Assembly: GCA_051362555.1 (NCBI GenBank)
Contig: CM120646.1
Location: 3,162,001-3,226,000, forward strand
Source of the DNA: Lingula anatina
Lineage: Eukaryota; Animalia; Brachiopoda
Reading direction: 5' to 3'
DNA: 64,000 nucleotides
Below are positions 41,239-55,500 of this stretch, one piece after another. Made by a program: the position numbers and the translations under genes. Every line of letters begins with the position of its first letter. Position 1 is the first letter of the stretch. A model generated the notes under the pieces. It had not been told where the DNA came from. It saw only the letters and a list, made by a program, of their open reading frames with translations, and did not search any database.

Positions 41239-43959
41239 TAAATTTCCATTTGAGTCATAAATAGAAGAATTGCAATCCAGTACAACATATTCTGTGTAAA
41301 TACCCTGTGCTGTCGTTATCGTGTTTTTCCCTCTAGTTTGATAATCCTGAATTTACAGAGTGGATGCTCAGCTTTTCATGGATGAATCCAGATGGAAATA
41401 ATACACCACTGGAGTGAACATCAGTTCATCTTTACCTCAACAAGCGATATTTTATTCACCTGTTCTTGTAGGAGGCACCGGCGACCTAATCCGTGTAGTA
41501 TCCTTGAGTGAGTGTCAAAAGATTATCAAACAGCATTTCAAGACTCGGCAAACTCTTTTCAACAATTTTCTCGCTCTATTAATCTGTTGTACTTTCAGGT
41601 CTAAAATGACATTAAAAAGTTCATGTCCCCAAATATTAACGGTTCGCTGCGTATATTCAGTGCATTGAATCTTGCGGTTTTCTGTCTTTCAATAGCGTAT
41701 ATCAGACCGTCAGTGTAGTCTGGGTGTGTTCGGAGACGTGGGCGGTATCACAAAGACATTAACATAGAGGTATCTGCCTTACCAAGAAATACATCGCACT
41801 GCATAATAAGCGTTCTTTTTGTGGGCAAACATCATGCAACCCGCAGAGTGTCTGTGTCTGTATTCCAATGTTACTGATTCATGTTCATATTTATATGTAT
41901 ATTGGATATAATTAATATGCATTGGACTGCATGCAAACTTATCAACAACAGCTCTGTGTCGTTTACAATGATTTATTATGAACAAAGCAAACTGTAGTCC
42001 ACAGCAATGCTGACAACTGTAAAGAAAAACAAATGATGTAAAAAATAAATCACAAAATTATCTCATATCATGAACGTCTGTGTTCTTTATAAATCATATA
42101 GCTTTGCGGATTTTCTTTATACAACTCTTATAGAATAGTTCTTCAACTCTATAATTCGTAAGAAGCATTTTTACTTAAAAGTTACACATAATCTCAATTA
42201 TAAACCCCTTGCCGACTTTGGGTCTCTCTACGCAAGAATGCAAGCAAATGGATTCTAAATGTGCTAGCTACTGACTAGCACAACTACCACAATAAAAAAA
42301 ATGCACTGTAATGACTTGTAACTTTAAACCTAAATTTGAGAAAACGCTAAAAATGCACAAGTAGTATAGTAAGGCTTAATCGTCAAGTTTTAACAATACA
42401 TCAGATCATGCCATGACAATCCCGCATGCTGACTTGATTGGTTTGCTTTTTCTTATTTGTGTTATTTAAGAGTTTAATTTTATTTAGTTGTAAAGATGAG
42501 TATATTTTAGTTTGTTTAGTTCATGCTATTTCATCCGAATGTTCTTTAATTGTTTCTTTTAAATCTTAGTTCATGCAATTTGTTCTGTTAGTTCTTTATA
42601 TTATATTGAGGCATTCGCTCTCTCATGTGTGTCGCATATACGTTTGAATTTATGTTATTTAAGAGTTAAGTTTAGTTAAATTTTGTTATAAAGATAAATA
42701 CATTTTAGTTTGCTTGTTCTTTATTTCTTTTTAGTCTTAGTTCTTGTAATTTGTTCTGTTAGTTATTTTATATCATACTGATGCACTCGCCATTTACAAG
42801 TCTAGTGAATAAGCAAATGTATTTCAAACTAACGTTCTCGAATAATCCACAAGTCGCATTTACTACTATTAAATACACAAGAACAGCAATGTCATCTCTC
42901 TGTTGTCCAAACGTATTAAGTATTTGGTGGGGCGGGTCAATCGCAAAAAAAGTATTATCCACATCATCAGTGCTATTAAGACATATGATTTAACTACTGT
43001 AACATATCGTTTGACTGTCCTTCATTAGTTCAAGACCACGAAGGTTTCGGAACATCGTAATTTTGAATTATTATCTAATGACCATATGAACTAAGGTTGA
43101 TAAGTTTGAGCAAATATTGATGGATAATGCACCCATCATTCGTTACTTCAAAAAAAAATTATTTTTCAAGTTTCAAGGAATGGAATTGTGATGGAATAAG
43201 AGCGACATTCTCAGTAAAGGGTCAAATTTCAACGGTACGTATATCACTCCACGCTTCTCACAGATGGACTTATTCACTCCTGTAATAGCTGACCTTGCCA
43301 GCAAGTTGCATATGCAATTTAAACAATGCCTTTTTTTATCATAAACACTGAACAACCATCAAGATTACTTTAAAATTCCTTTTTAATTTTAAAGTTCGTT
43401 ACAAAATTGATATCTGCTGTGGTACTTCATCTTTCCCGGAATAAATGAGAAAATAGTTGATATTTCCGGTATGTACGGCGTGGGGGGGGGGGGGGGGGCA
43501 CAGTCTGAAGGTTCTAAAATCCACAAAACTGCAACTATAGACTAACCTACCAGTACACCCCAATTTGAAATTAGGCAAAGTTTTTCGGAACAGTGACGGT
43601 GAAGAACGTTAGAATAACGATTTCTTAACGTTTGCTGATGGTCTAACCATATACATGTATATAAGCCTGTGAAAACCTTTGAGTGGTGCTCACATGAGCC
43701 AATTATCGGTATTTAGTGGATAACCACGTGTCCAGTCCTGAATCTTGATCATTCTGTTGTTAACCTTTATCCGACGAAAAACAGATTCGTTTTACTAGAT
43801 ATCACAGATATTTCTCTGACTTACTCACAAGTTGCCCAGCACGGATCAATACACAAGAACAGCAACGTCACAACTCTGTTGTCCACTCGTTAAAAGAAAG
43901 TATTTGGCTGGTCGAACTTGAATGGCTAAAAGTATTATACATCATCAATGCTATATGGT

Positions 43960-46377
43960 CTAACTACCGTTCTTCATTAGTTCGAGACCACGAAAGTTTC
44001 TCCACTTATTTATAAATATAAGAACACCTGTTCCTAGGGCAAACACGCCGAAACATGAAGCAATTGCCAGGAACACTGTGAAGTAGCTACCCGAAACATC
44101 TCGAACGTGACCTGAAGAAATAATATCAATATTAAAGCAAGCTATACTAAAGAAACTTTAAAATTTAATTTATACTAAATTGTTGTGTTAAAACACTCAA
44201 CACCCCAGCAGCGTTTTAACTTCTAATAAGACTATACTTCAATCATAAAACAGACAAAAAATAGGTCGAAGGAGGAAAACATTGAAGATTAATATTTTTC
44301 AACAAGAAAAGGGAAAACAAATGCCGCATGTCCAGTCAAGATTTGTCAACCATTATTTTATATTTTTTACAAAGAGCTTTGATATATCTTTAAAGCAATG
44401 AGCATTTGCATCTAGCGTACGTGGATCATGTTGACATTTTAAAAACCTCATTCTACCTGCAAAATATGGTCCTACAGCATTCCCGATACCTTCACTGATG
44501 CGCATTGTCATGAATAACGTAGCGACATTCTCTCCGTCCATAATCTCATAGTTGACGGAAAAGTACACCAAACAGCCAAAGCTAAAACCGCATACTAAAA
44601 ACATTTTGAAAATTAGTTCAATCATAAAAGATATTTTACCTTAAAGCACGCTAATATTTAATTTGGTCATGATTTATATTCAAAAAGGAATTATAAGAGC
44701 AATTTTAGGATTTTTTTGCTGGGTTTGAACATTAAAATTACAGCAAAACCTGATTACGAGTAATACACCATTGTTTTATTTAAATTTGATTTAAACCATA
44801 AAAGATATTTTACATTAAAGCACGCTCAAATTTAATTTGGTCATGATTTATATTCAAAAGAGGAATTTCAAGAATCTTCGGATTTTTTGCTGGATTTGAA
44901 CATTTAAAAATTTTTTGCTGGATTTGTACATTTAAAAATACAGCAAAACCTGATTACGAGTAATACAACATTGTTTATTTCTTGGAGTACAACTGACATT
45001 GATTTAATCAATCAACACTAAAATTTACTATTAAAACAATTACAACTAACCTCTAACTGACTAAACTAAAAGTGAACAGTGAAATAAAAGAAAAAGAAAA
45101 TAAAAACACTTACCGGCACCATATACAAATATGGCCGTCAAAGATGTAGAATATGCAGCAGCAATGTTAGTAATAATGAGTACCGTTGCTGCTACCAAGT
45201 TCACCACCAGCAAGTTTCCCTTGAGATAGTCCCCGACACAAGAGGATAACGCCTCACTAACCATGCCCATGATTCCGAAAATGGCCATTACATACCCTGC
45301 TTCGTCTTCCGTATAGCCAAGGTCAATGGTATGTTTTGGCTGAAAGAAAACTAGTGTTAAGTAAATGCTGTTTTTTATTAATAACTTTGACACATTTTAG
45401 CCCGTGTTAAAATAAAAATAAACAATCGCTTCATCCAGTTTTTAACTGGCCATCACTGTGTTGCGCTTGCGTTTACACAAAGAGTTTAAGAATATAAAAG
45501 AAGTTAAAATATTAAGACAAAGCTCGTGAACTGTTGAAGTTACTAAACTTGGTAAGGTTTTTTAACAACCCGAAATACTTACCAGTATTACAAAAGGCAA
45601 GCCATAAGCAAATCCTTTACAGCAGATTGCCACGGCCCATATGCCATAAATTCCCACTTTAGAACACGTAGACCAGGCTGGTTTCTGTAACAAACCTGAT
45701 CTGAAAACAGGATCATTTGAAACAAATTATTTTTTTAATTTTGAAACCGACTTCTCTACCATATACGTTTAATTGCTTTAATTGTATACTTCAGGGTCAC
45801 CAGCACCCTGGCCAGTCCTAACGAATAATGTCCATAGCTGAATATTTATCTTTTTTTATCGTATCAAAGCGGTATTTCTCTTTTGCAGGTTTCTATTTAA
45901 TATTGAGTCAAATAGACTGCAAAACCAGAGTGTATTAAATCATTTTAAATATTTCATTTTATTCGGTTACGGCAGACTATGTATTGTAGACATGTCATTG
46001 TGTTTATTTCTAGGGAGGAAGAGAATATTGCACCTAGGCAAATTGCCTCCTGTTTGGGTGCAAAAGCGTAATTATAAATGTGTAAAAAATCTGCTGAAAA
46101 ATCCTGATGCATCACGTTTTATGTGGCTACATCCAAGCGTGTCAAACTTCAACGCACTCTTTAATGGCACCCTTGTCCCGTACGTCTGATGACGTCACTG
46201 GAGGATTCCCGAATACCAGAAGTAGGAGAAGACCAAAACATGTTAAGATAGCTGCATAAACTCTAAACACTCCTCGCCACCCAAGTAATGTGGTTTCACA
46301 CATCTTCGCGTTAACGTTATTAAAGATGGACCCTCCTGAAGAAAATTATAAAAGTTATCTCTATCATAGCAAAATTC

Positions 46378-46415
<38 letters not shown>

Positions 46416-47055
46416 AGATTTAGAGAGAGGTTAGATTTTACAAATTTTCTTATATGCTTGGATATCATAATATGGTAAAATCATTTTAATGTAAATGAAT
46501 GTATTAGACGATGCTTCACTGTTGTGAGTACTCACCCAGATGTTCCATAACATTCAACGAAGTGACTGAAAACACGTGGAATCTATGTGTCCAAGGGAAC
46601 CAAAGTGCTATAAATGAATAAGTACTTAGAGAACACAATCCATCTCCAGTTCCATATAAAATGCCAAAGGCTATGGCCACAGAATGGGGACCATTAGCAA
46701 AAGATGCCAGAACCAGTCCCAGCATTGTTAAAGATACCCCAACAGCTATAAACTGGCGAAGGCTAAGTTTTCCAGCCTCAGACAAAGCCATGAATACAAA
46801 GTTACTCAGTGAGATCTTAAATACACAATACACTGTAAAAGGTGCCCCTGAAAAACAGAGTGAATACAACTCAAATATATTTGATATTTATAAAGAACGA
46901 GACCAATGTTAATTGATAAAGGCTACTCTTTAAATGGCTGCGTGTCAATGTCTAATATTTTTAGCCCATAACCTGCCTCACCACAAAATACGAAAAGGTC
47001 ATGTGATACAATGTTTTAGGTATGTTTATCAATGATTTGTATTTTTTAAGAAATG

Positions 47056-47090
<35 letters not shown>

Positions 47091-47578
47091 AAAAAAGAAA
47101 AAGAAAAAAACAGGCGGCCATCTTGGATTTTGTCTGTTTCCATATAGGCAATTGCCATTTTCACATCATGGCTATTTTTGACCAGCAGACTGAGTTTCAA
47201 AATTATATATATATAATTCAGGTCTGTGTAAAACGGGGACACTAAACTCCTTAAAAAAAGCTTTTTTGGGGGATTTGCCGCTCACATACATAAATTATCT
47301 TTCCTTACTAACTTATTGTATTAAATTTGTAGTCTTTCCACACACTGTCTAGAATATATGAATACGAATATGCATTTGCATAAATATTTACACTTGGAAA
47401 TGTAGATCTTAATATGTGTGGCGAGCAAAACTCATCAAAAGCAGTGTCATCCTCAAAAGCAGGGCGTCCTTAGGCATAAGTTTTTTCCATAGATTTTTTT
47501 TTTTATAATACGACAATGATAGAAATGCAGCATGTTTCATCTATGTAATTTAATATCATATCTGTCAACCCCCCCCCC

Positions 47579-47618
<40 letters not shown>

Positions 47619-47802
47619 ATATATATATATGTGTGTGTGTGTTCTCACCAAGCTGCGCAAGGGACGATTCCGGAAAATATTTATCCTGTTGAAAACATAA
47701 GATCATCGTCCCCCAGGATGCCTCAATGCCCGCTGAGGACGTAAATGACAGCACTGAAATCCCAAGTACCACCCAGCCTCTGTATATATCAGGAGATATC
47801 AT
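43960..47802 (-). CDS. SLC16/MCT-like MFS transporter, copy H (425 aa)
   Basis: join 47802-47649, 46847-46536, 46335-46158, 45700-45583, 45339-45114, 44594-44457, 44111-43960; open frame. Confidence 0.85.
44610..44985. repeat. ~180-bp tandem duplication in intron 5 of copy H
   Basis: cataaaagatattttac..aaagcacgct..cctgattacgagtaatac occurs twice. Confidence 0.7.
46958..47240. mobile_element. Insertion shared by intron 1 of H and I (also 55403-55660)
   Basis: ttttagcccataacctgcctcacca..ggcggccatcttgg; absent from G intron 1; family uncertain (Helitron/Helentron-like by impression). Confidence 0.5.
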
Positions 47803-48477
47803 CGCTATACCTAAGCAGGCTACAGATCACTTAACATCTCCTTTGTAAGCATTGACAGGTCTTCATTTTAGAGTTGATCTAAGTGTTGTCGTTTAAGTTT
47901 GGATGAATTCAGGACAAATGCTGTAATTGATTCCCAAGTGAACATTATTTGTCCAATTCAGATTGTTGTTCTTCGAGAACTCTAAATTTCCATTTGAGTC
48001 ATAAACAGAAGAATTGCAGTCCAGTACAACATATTCTATGTAAATAGCCTGTGCTGTCGTTATCGTGCTTCTTTCCTCTAGTTTGATAATCCTGAATTAC
48101 CAACAGTGGGTGCTCAGCTTTTTATGGATGAATCCAGATGGAAATAATACACCACTGGAGTGAACATCAGTTCATCTATACCTCAACAAGCGATATTTTA
48201 TTCACGTTCTTGTAGGAGGCACCGGCGACCTAATCCGTGTAGTATCCTTGAGTGAGTGTCAAAAGATTATTCAAACAGCATTTCAAGACTACCGGTAGGC
48301 GAACTCTTTTCAAAATTTTTCTCGGTCTTTTAATCTGTTTTACTTTTCAGGTTTAAAATGAAATTAAAAAGTTTTTCATCCTTTTGTCTTGAAACATTAG
48401 CCCCATATATCCATAAAAGTATGAGTAAATGTCCACATCCTCACATTTTAACGGTTCGCTGCGTATATACAGTGCAT

Positions 48478-48735
48478 TAAACCACGGCTAGCGCGTAGAA
48501 CAAAAGACTCGGCCGTGCTGTATTCGACATACAAGCACGTCATGTACGAGTGCGTTCCACGGTCTGTAGCACTACTAGTGTAGTAGCCAATCAGAGGCCG
48601 TGGTTTAAGCCAGATACAACACTCGTCGCCAAGCTGTACGTGAAAATTACCCGTGTATTGTCTCGCCTGCGGCTCGCCAATACACTCGTAATATTTCACG
48701 TACAGCTCGGCGACTCGTATTGTATCTATCACTTC
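48478..48735. mobile_element. Fold-back insertion upstream of copy H
   Basis: Hairpin gatacaacactcgtcgccaagctgtacgtgaaa..tcgcctgcggctcg..tttcacgtacagctcggcgactcgtattgtatc; absent at paralogous sites 41660 and 56880. Confidence 0.6.
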
Positions 48736-48974
48736 AATCTTGCGGTTTTCTTTTTTCAATAGCGTATGTGTATCAGACCGTCAGTGTAGACTGGCTGTGT
48801 GCGGGGTCATGTCGGCGGTATCACAAAGACATTAACATAGAGGTATCTGTCTTACTTAGAAATACATATCGCATTGCACGACATGAGTTCTTTTTGTGAT
48901 ATGGCCAACTATCATGCAACCCACATGAGTGTCTGTGTCTGTATTCCAAACTTACTGATTTATTTTCATATAAC

Positions 48975-49110
48975 ACTGACATGAGGATCCTTTTTGAGGA
49001 ACGTAACCCTTTTAAAACGATAATTTGGAAAATATGGAGATCCAAAATAGGAAAAAAGCTGATAAATTATGATTTGGCAAAAACTATTCCAAATTAAATG
49101 TTAAGTCTGT
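48975..49110 (+). mobile_element. Right-end fragment of the Tc1-like element at 13747-15406
   Basis: aatttggaaaatatggagatccaaaata..ttccaaattaaatgttaagtctgta matches 15155-15408. Confidence 0.65.
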
Positions 49111-49479
49111 ATATTTACATTTGAATTTGTTATTTAAGAGTTAAGTTTTAATTTGTTAAAAAGGTAAGCATATTTTAGTTTGCTTAGCTTATGTTATTTC
49201 AGTTTGAATGCATTTTATTTCCTTTTTGTCTTAGTTCATGTAATTTGTTCTGTTGGTTCTTTTATGTAATATTGAAACATTCGCCTTCTCACGTGTGTCG
49301 CATATACATTTTCAGTACATAAATGTATTTAAAACTAACGTTCTTGAGTAATCCACAAGTCACATTTACTACTGTTAAATACACAAGAACGTCACCTCTC
49401 TGTCGTCCACAGTATTTGGTTGGGCGAGTCAATCGTAAAAGGTATTATCCACATCATCAATGCTATTAAGCCATGTGAT

Positions 49480-49649
49480 TTAACTACTGTAACATATCGC
49501 ACGACCGTTCTTCATAAGTTCTAGACCACGAAGGTTTCTCCACTTATTTATAAATATAAGAACACCTGTTCCTAGGGCAAACACGACGAAACATGAAGCA
49601 ATTGCCAGGAACACCGTGAAGTAGCTACCCGAAACATCATGAATATAAC
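49480..49649 (-). other. Orphan intact copy of terminal exon 7 (J-type)
   Basis: Acceptor ttcag then GYIHDVSGSYFTVFLAIASCFVVFALGTGVLIFINKWRNLRGLELMKNGRAICYSS*; 170 nt, same as J exon 7; no exon 6 of its own. Confidence 0.8.
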
Positions 49650-50450
49650 CTGAAGAAATAACGATATAATTATTTTAGGGAACTATACCAAATAAAAGTT
49701 GCAATTTACTTCATTCTTGAAATGTAGTGTTAAAACACCCAATTAACACCCAAGAAGCCAAATTTCAACGGGTCAAATTCCAACGGTGCGCACATCACTA
49801 TATCACTCCACGCTTCTCACAGCTGGACTTATTCACTCCTGTAATAGCTGACCTTGCCAGCAAGTTGCATATGCAATTTAAACAATTCACTTGTTTATCA
49901 TAAACACTAAACATCTTTCAAGATTACTTTAAAATTCCTTTTTAATCATTTTGATTAAAACGACAATGCTCGTTACAGAATCGATATCCGAGAAAATGGT
50001 TGTTATTCCCGGTATGTACGGCGTGGGGGGGGGGGGGGGCACAGTCTGAAGGTTCTAAAATCCACACAACTGCAACTGTAGACTAACATACCAGTAGACC
50101 CCAATTTGAAAATAGGCTACGTTTCTCTTAACGTTTGCTGATGGTCTAACCATATACATGTATATAAGCCTATGAAAATCTTTGAGTGGTGCTCACATGA
50201 GCCAATTATGGGTATTTAGTGGATAACCGCGTCTCCTGTCCTGAATCTTGATCGCTCAGTGGGTAACCTTTACCCGACGAATAACAGATTCGTTTTTACT
50301 AGATATCACAGATATTTCTCCGACTTACTCACAAGTTGCCCAGCACGGATCAATAAACAAGAACTGCAACGTCACCACTCTGTTGTCCACTCGTATTTGG
50401 CTGGTCGAACTTGAATCGCCAAAAGTATTATCCACATCTTCAATGCTATA

Positions 50451-52508
50451 AGGCTGTTTCACAATCAGGTTGAACAATTAAATGTGGTTAATGTTGCAAG
50501 TGTCTGATAAATTAGCAATTTATGATTAGAGATTGCTGATAGACTGATATCAAAGACACTGTTCATAGGAGCAAAATAAAAAAGAATTATAATAATCGGA
50601 CTACAATTTACAAAAAAAAGCCAATTACGTCTTCAAAAAGTACCTATTTTTAGCTGTTACGATGGGTCATTTGCAATTAAGGTCATAAATATGATGCACT
50701 AGCTTTTTATGTCAATGATTTATGGTGAATATGATATAGGTATGTAATTCCCACAACATATGTCTTCTCTTCTAGCAGGTTCTTCCAAAGAAATGTTCTG
50801 AGAAAAAATTATTTAACCATTTTGCTGAAACAGACTTTTGTACACATTTTACTTATTTTTGTTAATGCAATGAAAAACATGTCTGATAAGGCCACATATT
50901 ACTTTGAAATCACCTACGTGATAATAATGATGAATTTACCATGTTATGACTTAAACATAATAAAGGAGTTGTGCATATGTAACCATTGTTAATAATGCCA
51001 TGGTATTTATAATCATGAGCCCCTTGGTGTCTCCTAATTTTTGTAGTGTCCGTACCCCCCCCCCCCCCTCCCCATCTGTTTTATTTAGGAATCACAGCAT
51101 ATTCTGTCTGATTTTATTATTTTATGTATGTCCACACTGACATTTATTTTTCAGGGAGAAAATAGCACATTACCCCTTATTATGAAAAGATATGCAAGAA
51201 TTTGGTGTCAAATGTAGTGTCCGTACCCCTACTGTAGTGTCCGTACCCCCAAGTTATACATTAACCATTGGATAACTGGCTACTTATTAATGATGATAAA
51301 ACTTCAAAATATGGTACAAAATGTTGTTCTAAATTGTATAAAATACATTCATGTCCTATGATGTTTAGAAAAAACATTGTATATAAATGTATATTCGATA
51401 AAGTGATACTAATTAATAGGAGTCAGGCAAGACATTTTGCAAAAATATAATATTAGTAAAGATGCTCTTTGCATTCTAAATGAACAATATTGCTTCCAAT
51501 ATATTGCCTAATATAGCTAATTGCAAAATAATAAATTGTATATGGATTAATATTCTATGGATTAATGTATATGATATATGTTGAGGGGGTATGGACACTA
51601 CAATACATGCATAATTAACAGAGGCATATTTATAATACGCTCAGTGGATGAAGTGTCAAACATGGATGACAATGAACAAAAGCCAAATAGGAAAAGAACA
51701 TTTTTACTGTCAGCAAAAATAATTTGGAAAAAAACCCGTCAAAGAGCTTATAGTCATGCTGAAGCACGTAAGGAAGATGTTGAATGCACGTAACATAGCA
51801 GAGAAGCAAAAATAATGAAGAATCATCCAAGGCTGGCCCAGCAAGAAAGACTAAAGATGAGAGAAGAAATTAGGGCATACTGACAGAGAGTAAAGGAGAA
51901 GCAGAAACCCAACAATGCTGAAAACAGCAGAGCAAGAGGTGCAAATTAACGAGAGATGAAAAAGAAGAAAAGACTCGAAAAACAAGAATCAAGACTGAAA
52001 CAAAAATAAATAAATAAATAAATAAATAAATAAGACCAAGCAACAGGAAGAAAACGTTTAAATTAGTCTGGTGAATGAAAGTAAAACTGAATGACACACA
52101 ACCAAGCACCAGCATCCACTGAAAAACGTGCTGTGGTGTTTCTCCAAAAAACATTTTGATTAATACATGTACTTGTATCCTTTTGGTTAAAGTACTGTTG
52201 TTATATATTTACATTGATATTTTTAGAATGTTGGCAAACATAACTGGTAAACAATATGATATTTCAGTTACAAAAGCATCAGTTACTTGAATGTGTAGTG
52301 TCCGTACCACCCAATCATAGCCTAAGAGGCGTTCTGTTAATTTGAACGTAACACAAAAAAAAAATAATTAATATTGTGTTCTTAAAATGTTGGATGTCAT
52401 AGTTAAGATGTTATCCTTTTTATCTGTTACAAAATTAAACAAATGCATCAGAGTTCATTTTTCTCTCAATGTGACCCCTATTTTGTACCCCTGATTGTGA
52501 AACAGCCG
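50451..52508. mobile_element. ~2.06-kb TIR DNA transposon in the 3' UTR of copy I
   Basis: TIR ggctgtttcacaatcagg / cctgattgtgaaacagcc; TATA on both flanks; H has the empty site caatgctatatggtctaactac; internal gtagtgtccgtaccc repeats (about 51044, 51214, 51234, 52295, inverted ~51590). Confidence 0.8.
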
Positions 52509-52520
52509 TATATGCTCTAA

Positions 52521-55500
52521 CTACTGTAACATCGCACTACCGTTCTTCATCAGTTCTAGACCACGAAGGTTTCTCCACTTATTTATAAATATAAGAATAC
52601 CTGATCCTAGAGCAAACACGCCGAAACATGAAGCAGTTGTCAAAAACACTGTGAAGTAGCTACCAGAAACATCACGCACGTGACCTGAAGAAATAATATT
52701 AATATTTAAGCGAGCTATACTAAAGAAACTTTAAAATTTAATTTATACTTAAATTGTAGTACTGAGACATCCAACAGCCCAGCAGCGTTTTAACTTCTAA
52801 TAAGACTATACTTAAATCATAACTAATTTGGAAAAAATAGGTAGGAAAACATTGAAGGTTACTATCGTTCAACAAGAAAAGGAAAAACAAATGCCGCATG
52901 TCCATTGAAGTCTTTAATTGAAGCAACGAAACATTCAAGATTTGTCAATCATTATTTCATATCTTACATAACTTAGATCAAAGAGATTTAATTTATTTTT
53001 AAAGCAATGAACCTTTGCATCTAGCGTACGTGGATCATGTTGTCATTTTGAATACCTAATCCTACCTGCAAAATATGGTCCTACAGCAGCCCCGATACCT
53101 TCACTGATGCGCATTGTCATGAATAATGTAGCGACATTCTCTCCGTCCATGATCTCATAGTTGACGGAAAAGTACACGAAACAGCCAAAGCTAAAACCGG
53201 ATACTAAAAGACATTTTGAAATTTGTTTTAAACCAAAAGATATTTTTACTTTAAAGCACGCTGTTGGTCATTATTTATATTCATAAAGGAATTCTAAGAG
53301 CAATGCTTGGATTTTTCACAGCAAAACCTGATTACGAGTGTCACAACATTGTTTTATTTCTTGGAGTACAACTGACATATATTTAATCAATCAACACTAA
53401 AAATTACTATCAAAAACAATTATAACTAACTTCTAAAGAGGCCAGATGATTAAAGTGAACAGTGAAATAAAAGAAAAAGAAAAGTAAAATAAAAACACTT
53501 ACCGGCACCATATACAAATATGGCCGTCAAAGATGTAGAATATGCTGAAGCAATATTGTTGATAATGAGTACCGTAGCTGCTACCAGGTTCACCACCAGC
53601 AAGTTCCCCTTGAGATAGTCCCCGACACAAGAGGATAACGCCTCACTAACCATGCCCATGGTCCCGAAAATGGCCATCACATACCCTGCTTCGTCTTCCG
53701 TATAGCCAAGGTCAATAGTATGTTTTGGCTGAAAGAAAACTAGTTCTAAGTAAATGCTGATTTTTATTAATAACTTTGACATATTTTAGCCCGTGTTAAA
53801 ATAAAAATTAATAATTCCTTCATGCAGTTTTTATCTGGCCATCGCTGTGTTGCGTTTAACAGCACAGCGATACTATTATCCTAGTCCAATTAAACAATGA
53901 GTTAAAGAACAGATAAGAAGTCAAAATATTAAGACCAAGTTTGTTAACTGCTGAAGTTACTAAACTTTAAAATTGGTAACGTTTTTAAGCCACCCGAAAT
54001 ACTTACCAGTGTTACAAAAGGCAAGCCATAACCGAATCCTTTACAGCACACTGCCATGGCCCATATGCCATAAATGCCCACTTTAGAACACGTAGACCAG
54101 GGTGGTTTCTGTAACAAACCTGATCTGAAAACAGGAAAATGTGAAACAATTATTTTTTTTATTTCGAAACTGACTTCTTTTCAATATACGTTTAATTGCT
54201 TTAATTGCTGCAAATGTACACCTAAGGGTCACCGGCACCCTAGCCAGTCCTTACGAATAATCTCCATGGCTGAAGCCTTTATTTATCTTATTTTTATCAC
54301 ATCAAAGCGCTATTCCTATTTCTCAGGTTTCTATTTAATATTGAGTGAAATAGACTGCAAAACCAGAGAGTATTAAATTATTTAAAATATTTTATTTTAT
54401 TCGGTTACGGCAGACTAATGTATTGTAGACTTGGTATTGTGTTTATTTCTAGGGAGGAAGAGCATATTGCTCCTAGGCAAATTGCCTCCTGCTTGAGTGC
54501 AAAAGCGTAATTATAAATGTGTAAAAAAATCTGCAGAAAAATTCTTATGTATCACGTTTTATGTGGCTACACCCAAGCGTGTCAAACTTCAACGCACTCT
54601 TTACTGGCACCCTTGTCCCGTACGTCTGATGACGTCATTGGAGGATTCCCGAATACCAGAAGTAGGAGAAGACCTAAACATGTTAAGGTAGCTGCATAAA
54701 CTCTAAACACTCCTCGCCACCCCAGTAATGTGGTTTCACACATCTTCGCGTTAACGTTATTAAAGATTGACCCTCCTGAAAAAAATTATAAAAGTTATCT
54801 CTATCATAGCAAAATTCAAGAGAAAGAAAGAAAGAAAGAGAGAGAGGGTGAGAAAAGAGATTTAGAGAGAGGTTAGATTTAATAGGTTTTATTATATGCT
54901 TAGATATCATAATATGGTAATATTATTTCAATGTAAATAAATGTATTAGACGATGCTTCACTGCTGTGACTACTTACCCAGATGTTCCATTACATTCAAC
55001 GCACTGGTTGAAAACACGTGGAATCTATGTGTCCAAGGGAACCAAAGTGCTATAAGTGAATACATACTTATACAACACAACCCATCTCCAGTTCCATATA
55101 TAATGCCAAAGGCTATGGCCACAGAATGGGGACCATTAGCAAAAGATGCCAGAATCAGTCCCAGCACTGTTAAAGATACCCCGACGGCTATAAACTGGCG
55201 AAGGCTAAGTTTTCCAGCCCCAGACAAAGCCATGAATACTAGGTTACTCAGTGACATCTTAAATACACAGTACACTGTAAAAGGTATCCCTGAAAAACAG
55301 AAGTGAATGCAACTCGAATATATCTGATACTTAATAAAGAACGAGACCAATGTTAATTGATAAAGGCTACTCTTTAAATGGCTGCGTGTCAATGTCCAAT
55401 ATTTTTTAGCCCATAACCTGCCTCACCAGAAAATACGAAAGGGTCACGTGATACACAATGTTAAAAGTATTTTTATCAATGATTTGTATTCTTAGAAAAA

